From assembly GCA_937889515.1 (NCBI GenBank), contig CALAOV010000342.1, positions 3,993 to 67,992 of the forward strand: DNA of 64,000 bases, given 5' to 3'. The position numbers were made by a program, and so were the translations under genes. Shown piece after piece: positions 24,814 through 35,201 of this stretch (its first letter is position 1; every line of letters begins with the position of its first letter). Source of the stretch: an uncultured Myxococcales bacterium. GTDB lineage: Bacteria; Myxococcota_A; Polyangia; Fen-1088. The notes under the pieces were generated by a model. It saw only the letters and a program-made list of their open reading frames with translations, was not told the DNA's origin and did not search any database.

Positions 24814-27648
24814 GTGCAAAAGCAGCGAACCTCTCTCGTTTCCCTCGCCCTAGCGAACGTTGTCACCGCATTGGCCATCGCCTTGGTCTCGGGCGCCTGT
24901 TCGCCCACCGCCGGCTCCGGCAGCGCAGACCCCACCAGCTCGGTCGAGCTCGCTCTTCACGCCGGCGGCGTTTCGATCAACACGGTCAGCTACTCGATCG
25001 TGGGTCCCAGCTCGTTTTCGAAGACCGGCACCATCGATGTCGGGCAGAGCGCCGCAGCGTCCGCCATCATCGGGCCACTCCCGATCGGATCGGGATTCTC
25101 CATCACCTTGACGGCGGTCTCGCTCGACGGGACCGAAACCTGCGCCGGCTCGGCGGGCTTCGCGGTGGTGGCGCAGCAGACGATACCGGTGCCGGTCGCC
25201 CTGCTCTGCCACCAGGCGCCGGGTACAGGGAGCGTGCTGGTCAGCGGCACTGTGAACTTGTGCCCCCAGATCGACGCCGTGGGAGCCAACCCGGCCGAGG
25301 TGCTGGTGGGCGGATCCGTCGGTCTGACCGGGACGGCCCATGACGTGGACGGCGCTCCGTCTGCCCTCTCCTATCGCTGGACGGCCAGCTCCGGCGTGCT
25401 GGCCGATGCGTCGGCCCAGAACACGCGCTTTACCTGCACCGCCGCCGGCACCGCGACCATCACCCTCACGGTGTCGGACGGCGACGCCACCGCCGGTTGC
25501 CCCGCCACCGGCAGCGTAACCGTCGCCTGCACGGCGCTCACGGCCGATAGCGGCTGCGCGCTCGGCAATGGCGCCGGTCCAATAAAGCACCTCATCTACC
25601 TGCAGTTCGACAACACGCACCTGCAACGCGACCGAGCGGGCGTCCCTTCGGACCTCGAGCAGATGCCGCACCTGCTCGATTTCATCCGCGGCAACGGCAC
25701 GCTCATGGCCAACGATCACACCGTCCTCATCTCGCACACCGCCGGCGGCATCCTCTCCTCGTTGACCGGCGTCTACCCCGACCGTCACGGTCAGACCGTG
25801 ACCAACAGCTACGTCCGCACCAGCGCCACCGGCAGCTTCTCGTTTCCGAGCTCGTTCGCCTACTGGACCGATCCAACCGTCGCCGGAAGCACGATTCCCA
25901 ACATGGTCACCCCCGACGGCTCCAACGTCCCCGCGCCCTGGGTCGCCTTCACGCGCTCGGGGTGCGATGTCGGCGCTGTCGCGGCGGCGAACATCGTGCT
26001 CGAGAACACAGGCACCGGATCGAACGGAGACGTCTTCAAGGTGTTCGGCCCGGGAACACCCCAGTTCGCGGAAGCCCAGGCTTCAGGTGCGGCGTCGTCG
26101 GACTCGGCCGCGCGCAACCTGGCGCAGACCGATTTCGTCGGCTTCGCCGTCCACTGCGCGCAGGGATCCGCGCGATGCGCGGCGGGTGAAAACGACCTCC
26201 TCCCCGGAGAGCCGGGTGGCTATGTCGGCTACAAGGGGCTCTTCGGCGCGCAGCAGATCGATCCGCTTCTGACCGGGCAACCGGCCAGCGTTCCGCTGAC
26301 CGATCTCCTCGGCAACCCGATCGTCGATCCCTTCGGCCAGCCGGGCTTCCCGGGCTTCGACGGCATGGAGGCCGCCGTATCGCTCTCCTACGTCGCGGCG
26401 ATGCAGGAGCAGGGCATCCCCATCACCTATGCTTACATCTCGGACGCGCACGACTTCCACGGCGTCTCCGGCAACGCGCACACCGCCTACGGACCCGGCC
26501 AGCCGGGCTACGAGCAGCAACTGCGGGACTACGACACCGCGTTCGCCAACTTCTTCACCCGTCTGGCGGCCGACGGCATCGACAAGACCAACACCCTGTT
26601 CGTCATCACCGTCGACGAGGGAGATCATTTCGTCGGCGGCACGCCCACGCCCCCCGACTGTGACGGCGTGAATGTCCCCTGTGACTGGACCACCCAGAAC
26701 CAGGTGGGCGAGCTCAACTCCAACATCGACACGCTCGTCCAGCATCAGTTTCCGGCACTGTTCGCCAGCTTCCTGGCCGCGACGGGACCGAACACCTTCA
26801 CCGTTCACGGGGACGACGCGCCGCCCTTCTATCTGGCAAAGAAGGGCGCTGGCCCGCTGGGGCAGACCGACCCCGACACGCGCACCTTCGAGCGGACCAT
26901 CGCCGGGCTGACGGCCGTCGATCCCTATACCGGCGCGACCGATCACCTGCTGACGCAGATGGCCGATCAGACCGGAATGAAGGCGCTCCACATGTTCACC
27001 ACCGGCGATCCAGCCCGCAACGCGACCTTCGCGTTCTTTGCGGACGCCGACTACTTCATCACCGACTTTCCGACCTCCACCTGCGAGACCTGCATCAATC
27101 CGGCGTTCGCCTGGAATCACGGCGACATCCAGAAGGAGATCGGTCAGACCTGGGTCGGCTTCGTCGGTCCCGGGGTGGCGTCCCAGCCCGACCAGACCAT
27201 CTTCACCGACCACACCGACGTCCGCCCGACGATCAATGCGCTCCTCGGATTGCGCGACGTCTACCAGGCCGACGGCCGGGTCATCACCCAGGCCCTGGTC
27301 GGCAGCGCGCTTCCATCGGCATTGACGGTCGACCAGGCTACCGTCGAGGCCCTGGGCAGCGTCTACAAACAGATCAACGCGCCCTTCGCTCAGTTCGCCA
27401 GCGACATGCTGATCACCTCGACCAAGGCGCTCGAGGGTGCAGACACCGGCGACCTGATCTACAGCTCCAAGGAGACCTCGATCGCGAACCTGACTGCGGC
27501 GCGAGATGCCCTCGCGGCGCAGATTCGCGACGCCCTCGACGCTGCGGCCTTCGCGGACCAGATGGTCGATCCGCTGCAGGCGGCCGGCTGGATCGCCCAG
27601 GCTCAGGCGCTGCTGTCGGGCGCGGACGCCCTCGCGTCGGCTCCGTGA
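24814..27648 (+). CDS. Large lipoprotein with N-terminal Ig-like (PKD/Big-like) repeats and a C-terminal phosphoesterase/alkaline-phosphatase-superfamily-like domain
   Basis: The GTG start gives a lipoprotein signal ...LALANVVTALAIALVSGAC|S. Ser/Thr/Gly-rich beta repeats are present (SYRWTASSGVL...TITLTVSDGDATAG). The motif IKHLIYLQFDNTH parallels IKHVIVILGENRSFDH in the next gene. The 5' part of the 1280-aa ORF is antisense to ccp and is rejected. Confidence 0.6.
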   Translation: MQKQRTSLVSLALANVVTALAIALVSGACSPTAGSGSADPTSSVELALHAGGVSINTVSYSIVGPSSFSKTGTIDVGQSAAASAIIGPLPIGSGFSITLTAVSLDGTETCAGSAGFAVVAQQTIPVPVALLCHQAPGTGSVLVSGTVNLCPQIDAVGANPAEVLVGGSVGLTGTAHDVDGAPSALSYRWTASSGVLADASAQNTRFTCTAAGTATITLTVSDGDATAGCPATGSVTVACTALTADSGCALGNGAGPIKHLIYLQFDNTHLQRDRAGVPSDLEQMPHLLDFIRGNGTLMANDHTVLISHTAGGILSSLTGVYPDRHGQTVTNSYVRTSATGSFSFPSSFAYWTDPTVAGSTIPNMVTPDGSNVPAPWVAFTRSGCDVGAVAAANIVLENTGTGSNGDVFKVFGPGTPQFAEAQASGAASSDSAARNLAQTDFVGFAVHCAQGSARCAAGENDLLPGEPGGYVGYKGLFGAQQIDPLLTGQPASVPLTDLLGNPIVDPFGQPGFPGFDGMEAAVSLSYVAAMQEQGIPITYAYISDAHDFHGVSGNAHTAYGPGQPGYEQQLRDYDTAFANFFTRLAADGIDKTNTLFVITVDEGDHFVGGTPTPPDCDGVNVPCDWTTQNQVGELNSNIDTLVQHQFPALFASFLAATGPNTFTVHGDDAPPFYLAKKGAGPLGQTDPDTRTFERTIAGLTAVDPYTGATDHLLTQMADQTGMKALHMFTTGDPARNATFAFFADADYFITDFPTSTCETCINPAFAWNHGDIQKEIGQTWVGFVGPGVASQPDQTIFTDHTDVRPTINALLGLRDVYQADGRVITQALVGSALPSALTVDQATVEALGSVYKQINAPFAQFASDMLITSTKALEGADTGDLIYSSKETSIANLTAARDALAAQIRDALDAAAFADQMVDPLQAAGWIAQAQALLSGADALASAP

Positions 27649-27789
27649 GACAGCCGTCACCGTAGGTGGCTCCGCGCAACGATCGTTTTGCGGAGACGAC
27701 ACCACGCTGGCACACGCCGGGTGGTACAGCGGTTCTGCGCTCATTGGGCGCGCAGAGCATTTGCACGACATGCACGAAAGGACTCATTC

Positions 27790-29805
27790 ATGCGCAAACG
27801 ACTTGGCCTTCGGATCTTCACAGCAACATCGATGCTCGCCGGCTGTATGTCGGGGAGTGGCGCTCCGGCACCAGATTCGACCTCGGTCGATGTGGACCTC
27901 GCGGCGGGTTCTACCTTCGCGGGAAGCGGGGACAATCAAACCCAGTCGCCGATCAAACACGTCATCGTCATCCTCGGCGAGAATCGTTCGTTCGACCACG
28001 TCTTCGCGACGTATCAGGCCAAACACGGTCAGCACGTCGACAATCTTCTCTCCAAGGGGATCGTCAACGCGGACGGAACGCCGGGACCAAACTTTGGTCT
28101 CGCCACCCAGTTTTCAGCGGTGGACTCGAACCCGTCGGGCACCTCGCCCCCGCTGGCGGATCCGCTGCCGCCGGGATTCCAGGTCAGCCCGGGGGAAAAG
28201 ACGCCCTACACCAAGCTCCCGCCGCCGGCCGCCGGCGGCCCCGCCGTGCCCTTCATTTCGTCGGTTCCGGTGGCCCAGGCCTTCGAAAATGGCCTCGAGC
28301 CCCAGGACGCAGTGCTGCTCACTACCGGCGGCACGGGAATCGCGCCCCTAGACGTCCCGGATACCCGCATTCCGTTCGTCAACGACCTTCCGCCCGGCCC
28401 CTTCCAGTTGACCCCGGGGGTTCCGTACGACGCCTACGCGGCGAGCCCCGTCCATCGCTATTATGAAGCGTGGCAACAGCTCGACTGCAACGTTCTCTAC
28501 GCGACGGCGGCCAACCCCTCCGGTTGCCTGAATGACCTGTTCTCGTGGGTCGAGGTCAGCATGGGGGCCGGCAACAATGGCCTGCCGCAACCCGTCGGCT
28601 TCAACGACCTTTCGACCAACGAGGGTTCTACCGCGCTGGCCTTCTATAACGTCCAGCAGGGCGACGTTCCCTACTTCACGTCGATCGCGAACACCTATGC
28701 GATGAGCGACAACTATCACCAGGCCGCCCTGGGCGGCACGGGCGCCAACCACGTCATCCTCGGTACGGGCGACGAGGTCTACTACAGCGACGGGAACGGC
28801 ACCGCGGCGACACCCCCGGCGGCCGAGATCGAGAACCCGAACCCGCAGCCCGGGACGAACAACTGGTATACGGAAGACGGGTACGGGACCACGGACGCCA
28901 GTGGTAATCCCGTCGGAGGCGGCTCCTACAGCGACTGCTCGGACTCCGACCAGCCCGGTGTGGGCTCGGTCCTCGGCTACCTCGCGTCGCTCCCCTACGA
29001 GGTCGACCCGAAGTGCGTTCCCGGTCACTACTTCCTGCTCAACAACTATGCGCCGGGGTACTTCGGCGACGGCTCGGTCAATACCGGTGCCGTCAATGCC
29101 TTCACCGTTCCGCCCTCGATGATCCCGACCATCGGCGACCAGCTCCGCGCCAAGGACGTCTCGTTCGCCTACTTCGGCGACCAGTTTAGCCGGTATGTCC
29201 AGGACCCGAACTACACCAACCCTGCCAACACCTATTGCGACATCTGCAACTTCTTCCAGTACAGCAGCCGGATCATGACCAACACCGCGGCCCGCCAGGC
29301 GCACCTCAAGGACACGACCGACCTTTACGCGGGCATCGCGGCCGGCCAGCTGCCGGCCGTCTCGTTCGTCAAGCCGAGCGGCGCCGTCGACGGACACCCG
29401 GCTTCGTCGAAGCTCGACCTCTTCGAGGCCTTCACCAAGAAGATTGTAGATCTGGTTCAAAGCCAACCGAACCTCTGGAAGGACACGGCCATCCTGGTGA
29501 CCTTCGACGAAGCCGGCGGCTACTACGATTCCGGGTACGTGCAGCCGGTCGACTTCTTCGGCGACGGCAGCCGCGTTCCCATGCTCGTCGTGTCGCCGCT
29601 GGCGACCGGCGGCCGGATCTCACACGACTATTCGGATCACGTTTCGATCCTGAAGTTCATCAATCGCAACTGGAGCCTGTCTCCGGTATCCAAGCGCAGC
29701 CGGGACAACCTTCCCAATCCGACGCACGACAGCTCGAACCCGTACGTGCCAACGAACTCGCCGGCGATCGGCGATCTCTTCGACCTGTTCAATTTCGCGC
29801 ACTGA
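27790..29805 (+). CDS. Phosphoesterase family lipoprotein (PF04185; non-haemolytic phospholipase C / AcpA acid phosphatase-like)
   Basis: Lipoprotein signal MRKRLGLRIFTATSMLAGC|MSG. Hallmark N-terminal motif SPIKHVIVILGENRSFDHVFATY. Confidence 0.8.
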   Translation: MRKRLGLRIFTATSMLAGCMSGSGAPAPDSTSVDVDLAAGSTFAGSGDNQTQSPIKHVIVILGENRSFDHVFATYQAKHGQHVDNLLSKGIVNADGTPGPNFGLATQFSAVDSNPSGTSPPLADPLPPGFQVSPGEKTPYTKLPPPAAGGPAVPFISSVPVAQAFENGLEPQDAVLLTTGGTGIAPLDVPDTRIPFVNDLPPGPFQLTPGVPYDAYAASPVHRYYEAWQQLDCNVLYATAANPSGCLNDLFSWVEVSMGAGNNGLPQPVGFNDLSTNEGSTALAFYNVQQGDVPYFTSIANTYAMSDNYHQAALGGTGANHVILGTGDEVYYSDGNGTAATPPAAEIENPNPQPGTNNWYTEDGYGTTDASGNPVGGGSYSDCSDSDQPGVGSVLGYLASLPYEVDPKCVPGHYFLLNNYAPGYFGDGSVNTGAVNAFTVPPSMIPTIGDQLRAKDVSFAYFGDQFSRYVQDPNYTNPANTYCDICNFFQYSSRIMTNTAARQAHLKDTTDLYAGIAAGQLPAVSFVKPSGAVDGHPASSKLDLFEAFTKKIVDLVQSQPNLWKDTAILVTFDEAGGYYDSGYVQPVDFFGDGSRVPMLVVSPLATGGRISHDYSDHVSILKFINRNWSLSPVSKRSRDNLPNPTHDSSNPYVPTNSPAIGDLFDLFNFAH

Positions 29806-29944
29806 GCCGAACGACCCAAAGCACCGGCACCTCCCCACCACCTGTTCCGCCGCGGCCGAATATTCCGCCCGCGAGGGCGGTCGGGGGGTGGGGGCTCCTC
29901 TTTCTGGAGACGACGCCTCCCCACCCGTATTGTCTCCAGGCGGT

Positions 29945-30985
29945 ATGCCCGAGCTTCACAAACCTGTCGCCCCCTGGTGGCTTCCTGGGGCGCATCTGCA
30001 GACGCTTTGGGCGCGGCTTGCGCGTTCGCGACGCCTCATCACGTTCGAGCGCGAGGTCCTCACGACGTCGGACGACGACGACCTGATGCTCGACCATGCG
30101 GCCGGGCCGGCGGGCTCGCCACGGGTGCTCTTGCTCCACGGCCTGGAGGGCAGTGCGCACTCGCTCCACACCCAGGGCCTGGCCGTGCTGGTGGCCCGCG
30201 GGGGATGGCGCAGCACCGTCCTCAACTTTCGTTCCTGCGCGCGGGATCCCCTCGACATCAAGCGCCGACTCCAGAACCGTCGGCCGCGGCTCTATCATTC
30301 GGGCGAGACCGGCGATCTGGACCTGGTCGTGCGCACGCTGGCCGCGCGCGAGCCGGAGGTGCCTCTCTACGCGATCGGCTTTTCGCTGGGCGGCAACGTC
30401 CTTCTGAAGTGGCTCGGCGAGGCAGGCAGCGAGAGCTTCATCCGCGCCGCCGCCACCATCTCGGTGCCCTACGATCTCGCGGAGGCGGCCCACTACCTCG
30501 AGCGGCCGGTCGGCCGGATCTATGCCGCCCACTTCCTCAGAAGGCTCAAACCCAAGGCCCTCGATCTGATCGCGCGCTTTCCGAAGGAGACCCCCTTCCT
30601 CGATCCCGAACGCATCCGTCTGGCCCGAACCTTCGGCGAGTTCGACCAGTGCGTCACCGCGCCTCTCTATGGGTTCCGCAGCGCCGACGACTACTACCGG
30701 CACTCGAGCGCGCTCGGGTATCTCCCGCGCATCCGGATCCCCACCCTCTGCATTACCGCCGAGGACGATCCCTTCTTTCCCGCCGCCGCGGTGGCCCCCG
30801 CGCGGGCCGCGGCGTCGGAGGAGGTTCGGTTTGCGGTCTCGACCTGGGGCGGACACACCGGATTCGTGGCCGGACGCTGGCCCTGGAGCCCCCAGTACTG
30901 GGCGGAGGACGAGGCTGTCGCCTGGTTGGCGCAGCAAGCCGGCGCCGCCGGATCTCGAGCCGCCGCGGAACCGCGCGCCCCGTAA
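29945..30985 (+). CDS. Alpha/beta-fold hydrolase, YheT/COG0429-type
   Basis: RVLLLHGLEGSAHS. Nucleophile elbow AIGFSLGGN. Typical length. Confidence 0.8.
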   Translation: MPELHKPVAPWWLPGAHLQTLWARLARSRRLITFEREVLTTSDDDDLMLDHAAGPAGSPRVLLLHGLEGSAHSLHTQGLAVLVARGGWRSTVLNFRSCARDPLDIKRRLQNRRPRLYHSGETGDLDLVVRTLAAREPEVPLYAIGFSLGGNVLLKWLGEAGSESFIRAAATISVPYDLAEAAHYLERPVGRIYAAHFLRRLKPKALDLIARFPKETPFLDPERIRLARTFGEFDQCVTAPLYGFRSADDYYRHSSALGYLPRIRIPTLCITAEDDPFFPAAAVAPARAAASEEVRFAVSTWGGHTGFVAGRWPWSPQYWAEDEAVAWLAQQAGAAGSRAAAEPRAP

Positions 30986-31042
30986 CGCAACCGTCACCGT
31001 TGTTGCAAAGCGTTCTCCCGATGGACGGGGACGCTGTATCGT

Positions 31043-31915
31043 TTGTTGCCGCCGGACCACAACGTGCGCACACTCGCCGCGGTGCCGGAGACTACTTCGA
31101 CGGGGATCGCCGTTTGGACCACTTTCCTAGCGGTCGTCAGCGCGTTCAACATCTGCGCCTGGTTCCTGGTGGCCGCGCGGCTGGTCCGCAGCAAGTCCTC
31201 TGTGAGCCCGGCTCTCTACGCCGTCCGCAGCCGGCAATTGGTCCTCTCCGCCCTGTTCGTTGCGGGGTGCGCCTTCCGATCCATCTGGCCGAGGGCCGAC
31301 GTTCAGCGAATCTGCTTTCACGATTCCTGGCTGTCCAGCGTGGCGGTGGGACGCTCGGTCGCCTCGGTGGCAGAGATGGCCTTCATCGCGCAATGGGCCG
31401 TCTTGCTGCGCCAGGCCGCCCCCGGCGCGAACGCGTACGCGGGGGCGGTGACACGCATCTCCCGACTTCTGGTTCCCCTCATCGTCATCGCCGAGCTTTT
31501 TTCTTGGTATGCGGTGCTGACCACCAACTACTTCGGCAACGTCCTCGAGGAGTCGACCTGGACCATCGCCTCGGCCCTGGTTTTGGTGGCCTTCCTGATG
31601 CTCTGGTTCCAGCTCAAAGGCAGGCTACGGACGTTCATGCGAACGTCGCTGTTTCTCCTGGGAGCCTATTTCGTGTTCATGTGCGCCATCGAGGTGCCCA
31701 TGTACGTGTCGCGCCACCGGGTGGACACCCTGAACGGCCGGCCGTATCTGACGCTTCGGCAGGGCCTGCTCGACTCCGCGCTTCGGCGGGTGGTTACCCG
31801 CAGCTGGGACGACTGGAACGGCGAGATCCCTTGGATGTCGCTCTACTTCAGCACCGGGGTCTGGGTGAGCCTCTCCCTGGTCGGCGCGCCCATGCGGCAA
31901 GCGGAGGCGTCGTGA
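31043..31915 (+). CDS. Hypothetical 7-TM integral membrane protein
   Basis: Seven hydrophobic segments. TTG/GTG start uncertain. Confidence 0.45.
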   Translation: MLPPDHNVRTLAAVPETTSTGIAVWTTFLAVVSAFNICAWFLVAARLVRSKSSVSPALYAVRSRQLVLSALFVAGCAFRSIWPRADVQRICFHDSWLSSVAVGRSVASVAEMAFIAQWAVLLRQAAPGANAYAGAVTRISRLLVPLIVIAELFSWYAVLTTNYFGNVLEESTWTIASALVLVAFLMLWFQLKGRLRTFMRTSLFLLGAYFVFMCAIEVPMYVSRHRVDTLNGRPYLTLRQGLLDSALRRVVTRSWDDWNGEIPWMSLYFSTGVWVSLSLVGAPMRQAEAS

Positions 31916-31996
31916 CTAGAACGTTGCGATAACGTCGCTGTCGAACTCGGCGCAACGGGTCGACACTGAGAATGCCAACCGACACAGGAGACTTCA

Positions 31997-32602
31997 ATGC
32001 GAGGATTCTTCGACGCCCTCTCCGAGCAACGCTGGGATGACCATCGCTACTATCACCACAGCCGCATCAATCAGTCGCTACACCTGGTGAGCGCGATCAG
32101 TTTCGTCGTCACCTACGTGCTGCTGTTCACGCACCCGGTGGTGGCGGCGCTCTTCGGCTGGACCTTCGCGATGTGCATCCGCCAGGTCGGACATTTTTTC
32201 TTCGAGCCCAAGGGCTACGACGACGCCAATCAGGCCACACACGAGTACAAGGAGAAGGTCAAAGTTGGCTACAACCTACGGCGCAAGGTCATCCTGCACG
32301 CCGTCTGGGGGCTGACGCCCCTCTTGCTCTATATCCAGCCGACCTTCTTCGGTGTCTTCAAGGCGCCCTACGTCGGCCTGACCGGCTACCTGCAGGACCT
32401 GTCGCAGATCTGGATCGCGCTGGCTGCGGGCGCGCTGCTGTTTCGAACCATCCACCTCTTCTTCCTGCGGGACGTGAAGACAGGCCTGGTCTGGTTCACC
32501 AAGATCCTCACCGACCCGTTCCACGACATCATGCTGTACCACAAGGCGCCGCTCTATCTTCTGCGCGGCGAGCTCGTCGAGCCGTCGAAGCAGACCGCCT
32601 AG
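31997..32602 (+). CDS. Membrane protein, DUF962/Mpo1-like (tentative)
   Basis: SD AGGAGA 6 nt upstream of the ATG. The N-terminus MRGFFDALSEQRWDDHRYYHHSRINQSLHLVSAISFVVTYVLLF follows the DUF962 pattern (His/Asn-containing N-terminus, then TM helices). Confidence 0.55.
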   Translation: MRGFFDALSEQRWDDHRYYHHSRINQSLHLVSAISFVVTYVLLFTHPVVAALFGWTFAMCIRQVGHFFFEPKGYDDANQATHEYKEKVKVGYNLRRKVILHAVWGLTPLLLYIQPTFFGVFKAPYVGLTGYLQDLSQIWIALAAGALLFRTIHLFFLRDVKTGLVWFTKILTDPFHDIMLYHKAPLYLLRGELVEPSKQTA

Positions 32603-34299
32603 GGCGCAAACCCGGATTGACCGGATTGGCCGGCTTGATCGGATCGGCGCGATCGCATGGACCAAGCCGACAGCATCTCGCGCACGATCCGGCGCCTGAT
32701 CGACCTGTTGCTCAACGCCGCCTCGGTCCACCAGAACCCGTCCTGTTGCATCGCGCGGGCGGCCGCCACGAACTTGTTTGCGACGGCCTCGAAATCGGCG
32801 TCCGTATAGTTGAGGCTGAAGATGAGGCGACCGGTTCCCACCCAGCTCAAGGCCAACCCCTCGGCCCGCAGATAAAATTGAAGCATCCAATTGTAGCGCG
32901 AGGGCTGCGTGTAATAGACGGTCCAGATGGACGACAGATTCGCCACCCGGACCGGCAGCCCCTCATCGACCAAACGCCGATTGAGCTGTTCCGCCCGCCC
33001 GTTCCAGCGCGTATCGAGGCCCTGGTAAAGACCGCGAATCTCCGGGGTCTCGAGCGCCAACAAGAATTCGTGCATCGCCCCCATCACGTATGGATGCGAG
33101 TTGAAAGTGCCGCGCGCGAAGCAGATGTCGGCCGGCCGGTCGTCGCGGAATCGCTTCATGAGCTGCCGGCGACCGCACAGGACGCCGACCGGCAGCCCGC
33201 CACCCAGGGTCTTGCCGTAGGTGACCAGGTCGGCCCGCACGCCGAAGTATTCCTGGGCGCCCCCGGGGGCCAGCCGAAACCCCACGAACACCTCGTCGAA
33301 GATGAGCGGGATCTCGCGCTCGGTGCAGACCGCGCGCAGCTTCTCGAGCCATTCCGTATAGGCCACCCGGTCGAAGCGCGCGCTTCGACCGCTGTCGACC
33401 AGCATCGAATCGCTGGGGGCATTCGCGTTCGGATGCATGGCCTGCAGCGGATTCACCAGCACGCAGGCGATGTCGCGCCGCCTCTGCAAGACCCGCAACG
33501 AACGGTCGTCCATGTCCTTCAGGGTGAACGTCTCGTGCGCCGGCGAGGGGTTGCCGACGCCGGGCTGAACGTCGCCCCACCAACCGTGGTACGCGCCGCA
33601 GAAACGCACCAGGCGGGAACGCCCGGTGTGGTAGCGCGCCAGGCGCACCGCCTGCATGATCGCCTCGGTGCCCGACATGTGAAACGACACCTCGTCGAGC
33701 CCCGAGATCGCCTGCAGCCGCCGGACGTTCTCGGCGACCAGCGGGTGATAGGCGCCCAGGACCGGTCCCAGCGCCCGGACCCGTTCACTTCCCCGCTCCA
33801 GGCACCCTTTGTAAAAGTCCTGACCGAAGACGTTGACGCCGTAGGCGCCGGTCAAGTCGAAGAGCTCGTTTCCGTCCAGGTCGGTGAGCTGGACGCCCGC
33901 CGACGAGCGAACGAACGAGCCGGCCGACAGGTGCTGGCGCACGAAGCGGCTGTACTGGAACGGCACCCGGTAGTGACTGGTGAACTGCAGGTCGGAAAGG
34001 CCGCCTTCGACCTCCCGGGTCAGCGCGACGGTCTTGGCGAAACGGTCGCGGTAGAGATCCGCCAGGCGCATGAACCCGGCTCGACGGCGGTCGGCGACCG
34101 CGGTCGGGGCGTCGTCGGAGCGGAAGAAACGGGCCTCGTCGTATTCGTAGTAGGGGACCAGCGCCGCGAACCAGCGCGAGATCCGGGAGTGGCCGCGCAA
34201 GGAGGGGTGTTTGGCCCGCGACAGCGCGAGGCGGCTTGTCATCCGGGGCAACGACGCCGTCAGCGCCACCGCGCCCAGCGCGTAAAGGACCGCAGTCAT
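32599..34299 (-). CDS. Class-III (PLP-dependent) aminotransferase with ~130-aa N-terminal hydrophobic extension
   Basis: HMSGTEAIMQAVRLARYHTGR, IFDEVFVGFR and YGKTLGGGLPVGVLCGR (PLP-lysine) are typical of GSA-aminomutase-like class-III aminotransferases. The N-terminal MTAVLYALGAVALTASL is hydrophobic. Confidence 0.8.
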   Translation of the reverse strand: MTAVLYALGAVALTASLPRMTSRLALSRAKHPSLRGHSRISRWFAALVPYYEYDEARFFRSDDAPTAVADRRRAGFMRLADLYRDRFAKTVALTREVEGGLSDLQFTSHYRVPFQYSRFVRQHLSAGSFVRSSAGVQLTDLDGNELFDLTGAYGVNVFGQDFYKGCLERGSERVRALGPVLGAYHPLVAENVRRLQAISGLDEVSFHMSGTEAIMQAVRLARYHTGRSRLVRFCGAYHGWWGDVQPGVGNPSPAHETFTLKDMDDRSLRVLQRRRDIACVLVNPLQAMHPNANAPSDSMLVDSGRSARFDRVAYTEWLEKLRAVCTEREIPLIFDEVFVGFRLAPGGAQEYFGVRADLVTYGKTLGGGLPVGVLCGRRQLMKRFRDDRPADICFARGTFNSHPYVMGAMHEFLLALETPEIRGLYQGLDTRWNGRAEQLNRRLVDEGLPVRVANLSSIWTVYYTQPSRYNWMLQFYLRAEGLALSWVGTGRLIFSLNYTDADFEAVANKFVAAARAMQQDGFWWTEAALSNRSIRRRIVREMLSAWSMRSRRSDQAGQSGQSGFAP

Positions 34300-34319
34300 G
34301 ACGTCCCCTTTATAACGCC

Positions 34320-35195
34320 ATGAGCATCCAATCCATTCGATCCGTTCTGGCCCGGTTCGCCCAGCAGGAGGATTTCAATTTTCTGCTCACCAACCGCCTT
34401 CCGCGGCGGCTGGCCACCCAGTTCATGGGGCGGTTCGGCAAGATCGAGCATCCGCTGGTCCGCGATCTGTCGATCGCCATCTGGCGGCTCTTCGCCAGTC
34501 CCGACCTGGAGGAGGCGGCCGAGAGCGAGTTCGCCAGCCTGCACGACTGTTTCATCCGCGCGCTCAAACCCGGCGCCCGCCCGATCGATCCGGATCCGGC
34601 CGTGCTGGTCAGCCCCTGCGACGCGATCGTGGGCGCCTCCGGCCGGATCGAGGGAACCGAGCTGCTGCAGGCCAAGGGCTTCCCCTATACGCTCCAGGAT
34701 CTGCTGGGCGATCCCGCGCTGATTGACCTGTACCACAACGGTCGCTACGTCACCTTGCGGCTCACCTCCAGCATGTATCATCGCTTTCACGCGCCGCACG
34801 ATTGCCGGGTCGAGCAGGTGGCCTATTTTTCGGGCGACACCTGGAACACCAACCCCATTGCGATCCACCGGGTCGAGAAGCTGTTCTGCAAGAACGAGCG
34901 GGCCGTCGTGCGGACCACCTTGGCCGCGGGCGGTCACACCATCACCCTGGTGCCCGTCGCATCGATCCTGGTCGCCAGCATTCGATTGCACTTTCTCGAC
35001 GTCCTCCTCCACCTCGAATATGCCGGGCCGCGGTTCATCGCCTGCGATGCCCCGTTCCGCAAGGGCCAGGAGATGGGCTGGTTCGAGCTCGGTTCGACCA
35101 TCATTGTCTTCGCCCCCGATGGATTTTCACTCTGTCCGGACGTCCGGCCCGGCACCACCATTCGCATGGGCCAGCCCCTGCTGCGGTTGCCCTGA
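34320..35195 (+). CDS. psd: Phosphatidylserine decarboxylase proenzyme
   Basis: YVTLRLTSSMYHRFHAPHDCRV and the C-terminal autocleavage motif GWFELGSTIIVF (LGST). Confidence 0.85.
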   Translation: MSIQSIRSVLARFAQQEDFNFLLTNRLPRRLATQFMGRFGKIEHPLVRDLSIAIWRLFASPDLEEAAESEFASLHDCFIRALKPGARPIDPDPAVLVSPCDAIVGASGRIEGTELLQAKGFPYTLQDLLGDPALIDLYHNGRYVTLRLTSSMYHRFHAPHDCRVEQVAYFSGDTWNTNPIAIHRVEKLFCKNERAVVRTTLAAGGHTITLVPVASILVASIRLHFLDVLLHLEYAGPRFIACDAPFRKGQEMGWFELGSTIIVFAPDGFSLCPDVRPGTTIRMGQPLLRLP

Positions 35196-35201
35196 GCGCC
35201 C

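Noticed and set aside
26083-29466. 562-aa and 372-aa minus-strand ORFs
   Set aside because: Antisense to the two phosphoesterase-like lipoprotein genes. No motifs.
32173-34323. 716-aa plus-strand ORF
   Set aside because: Antisense to the class-III aminotransferase, which is confirmed by its PLP-lysine motif.
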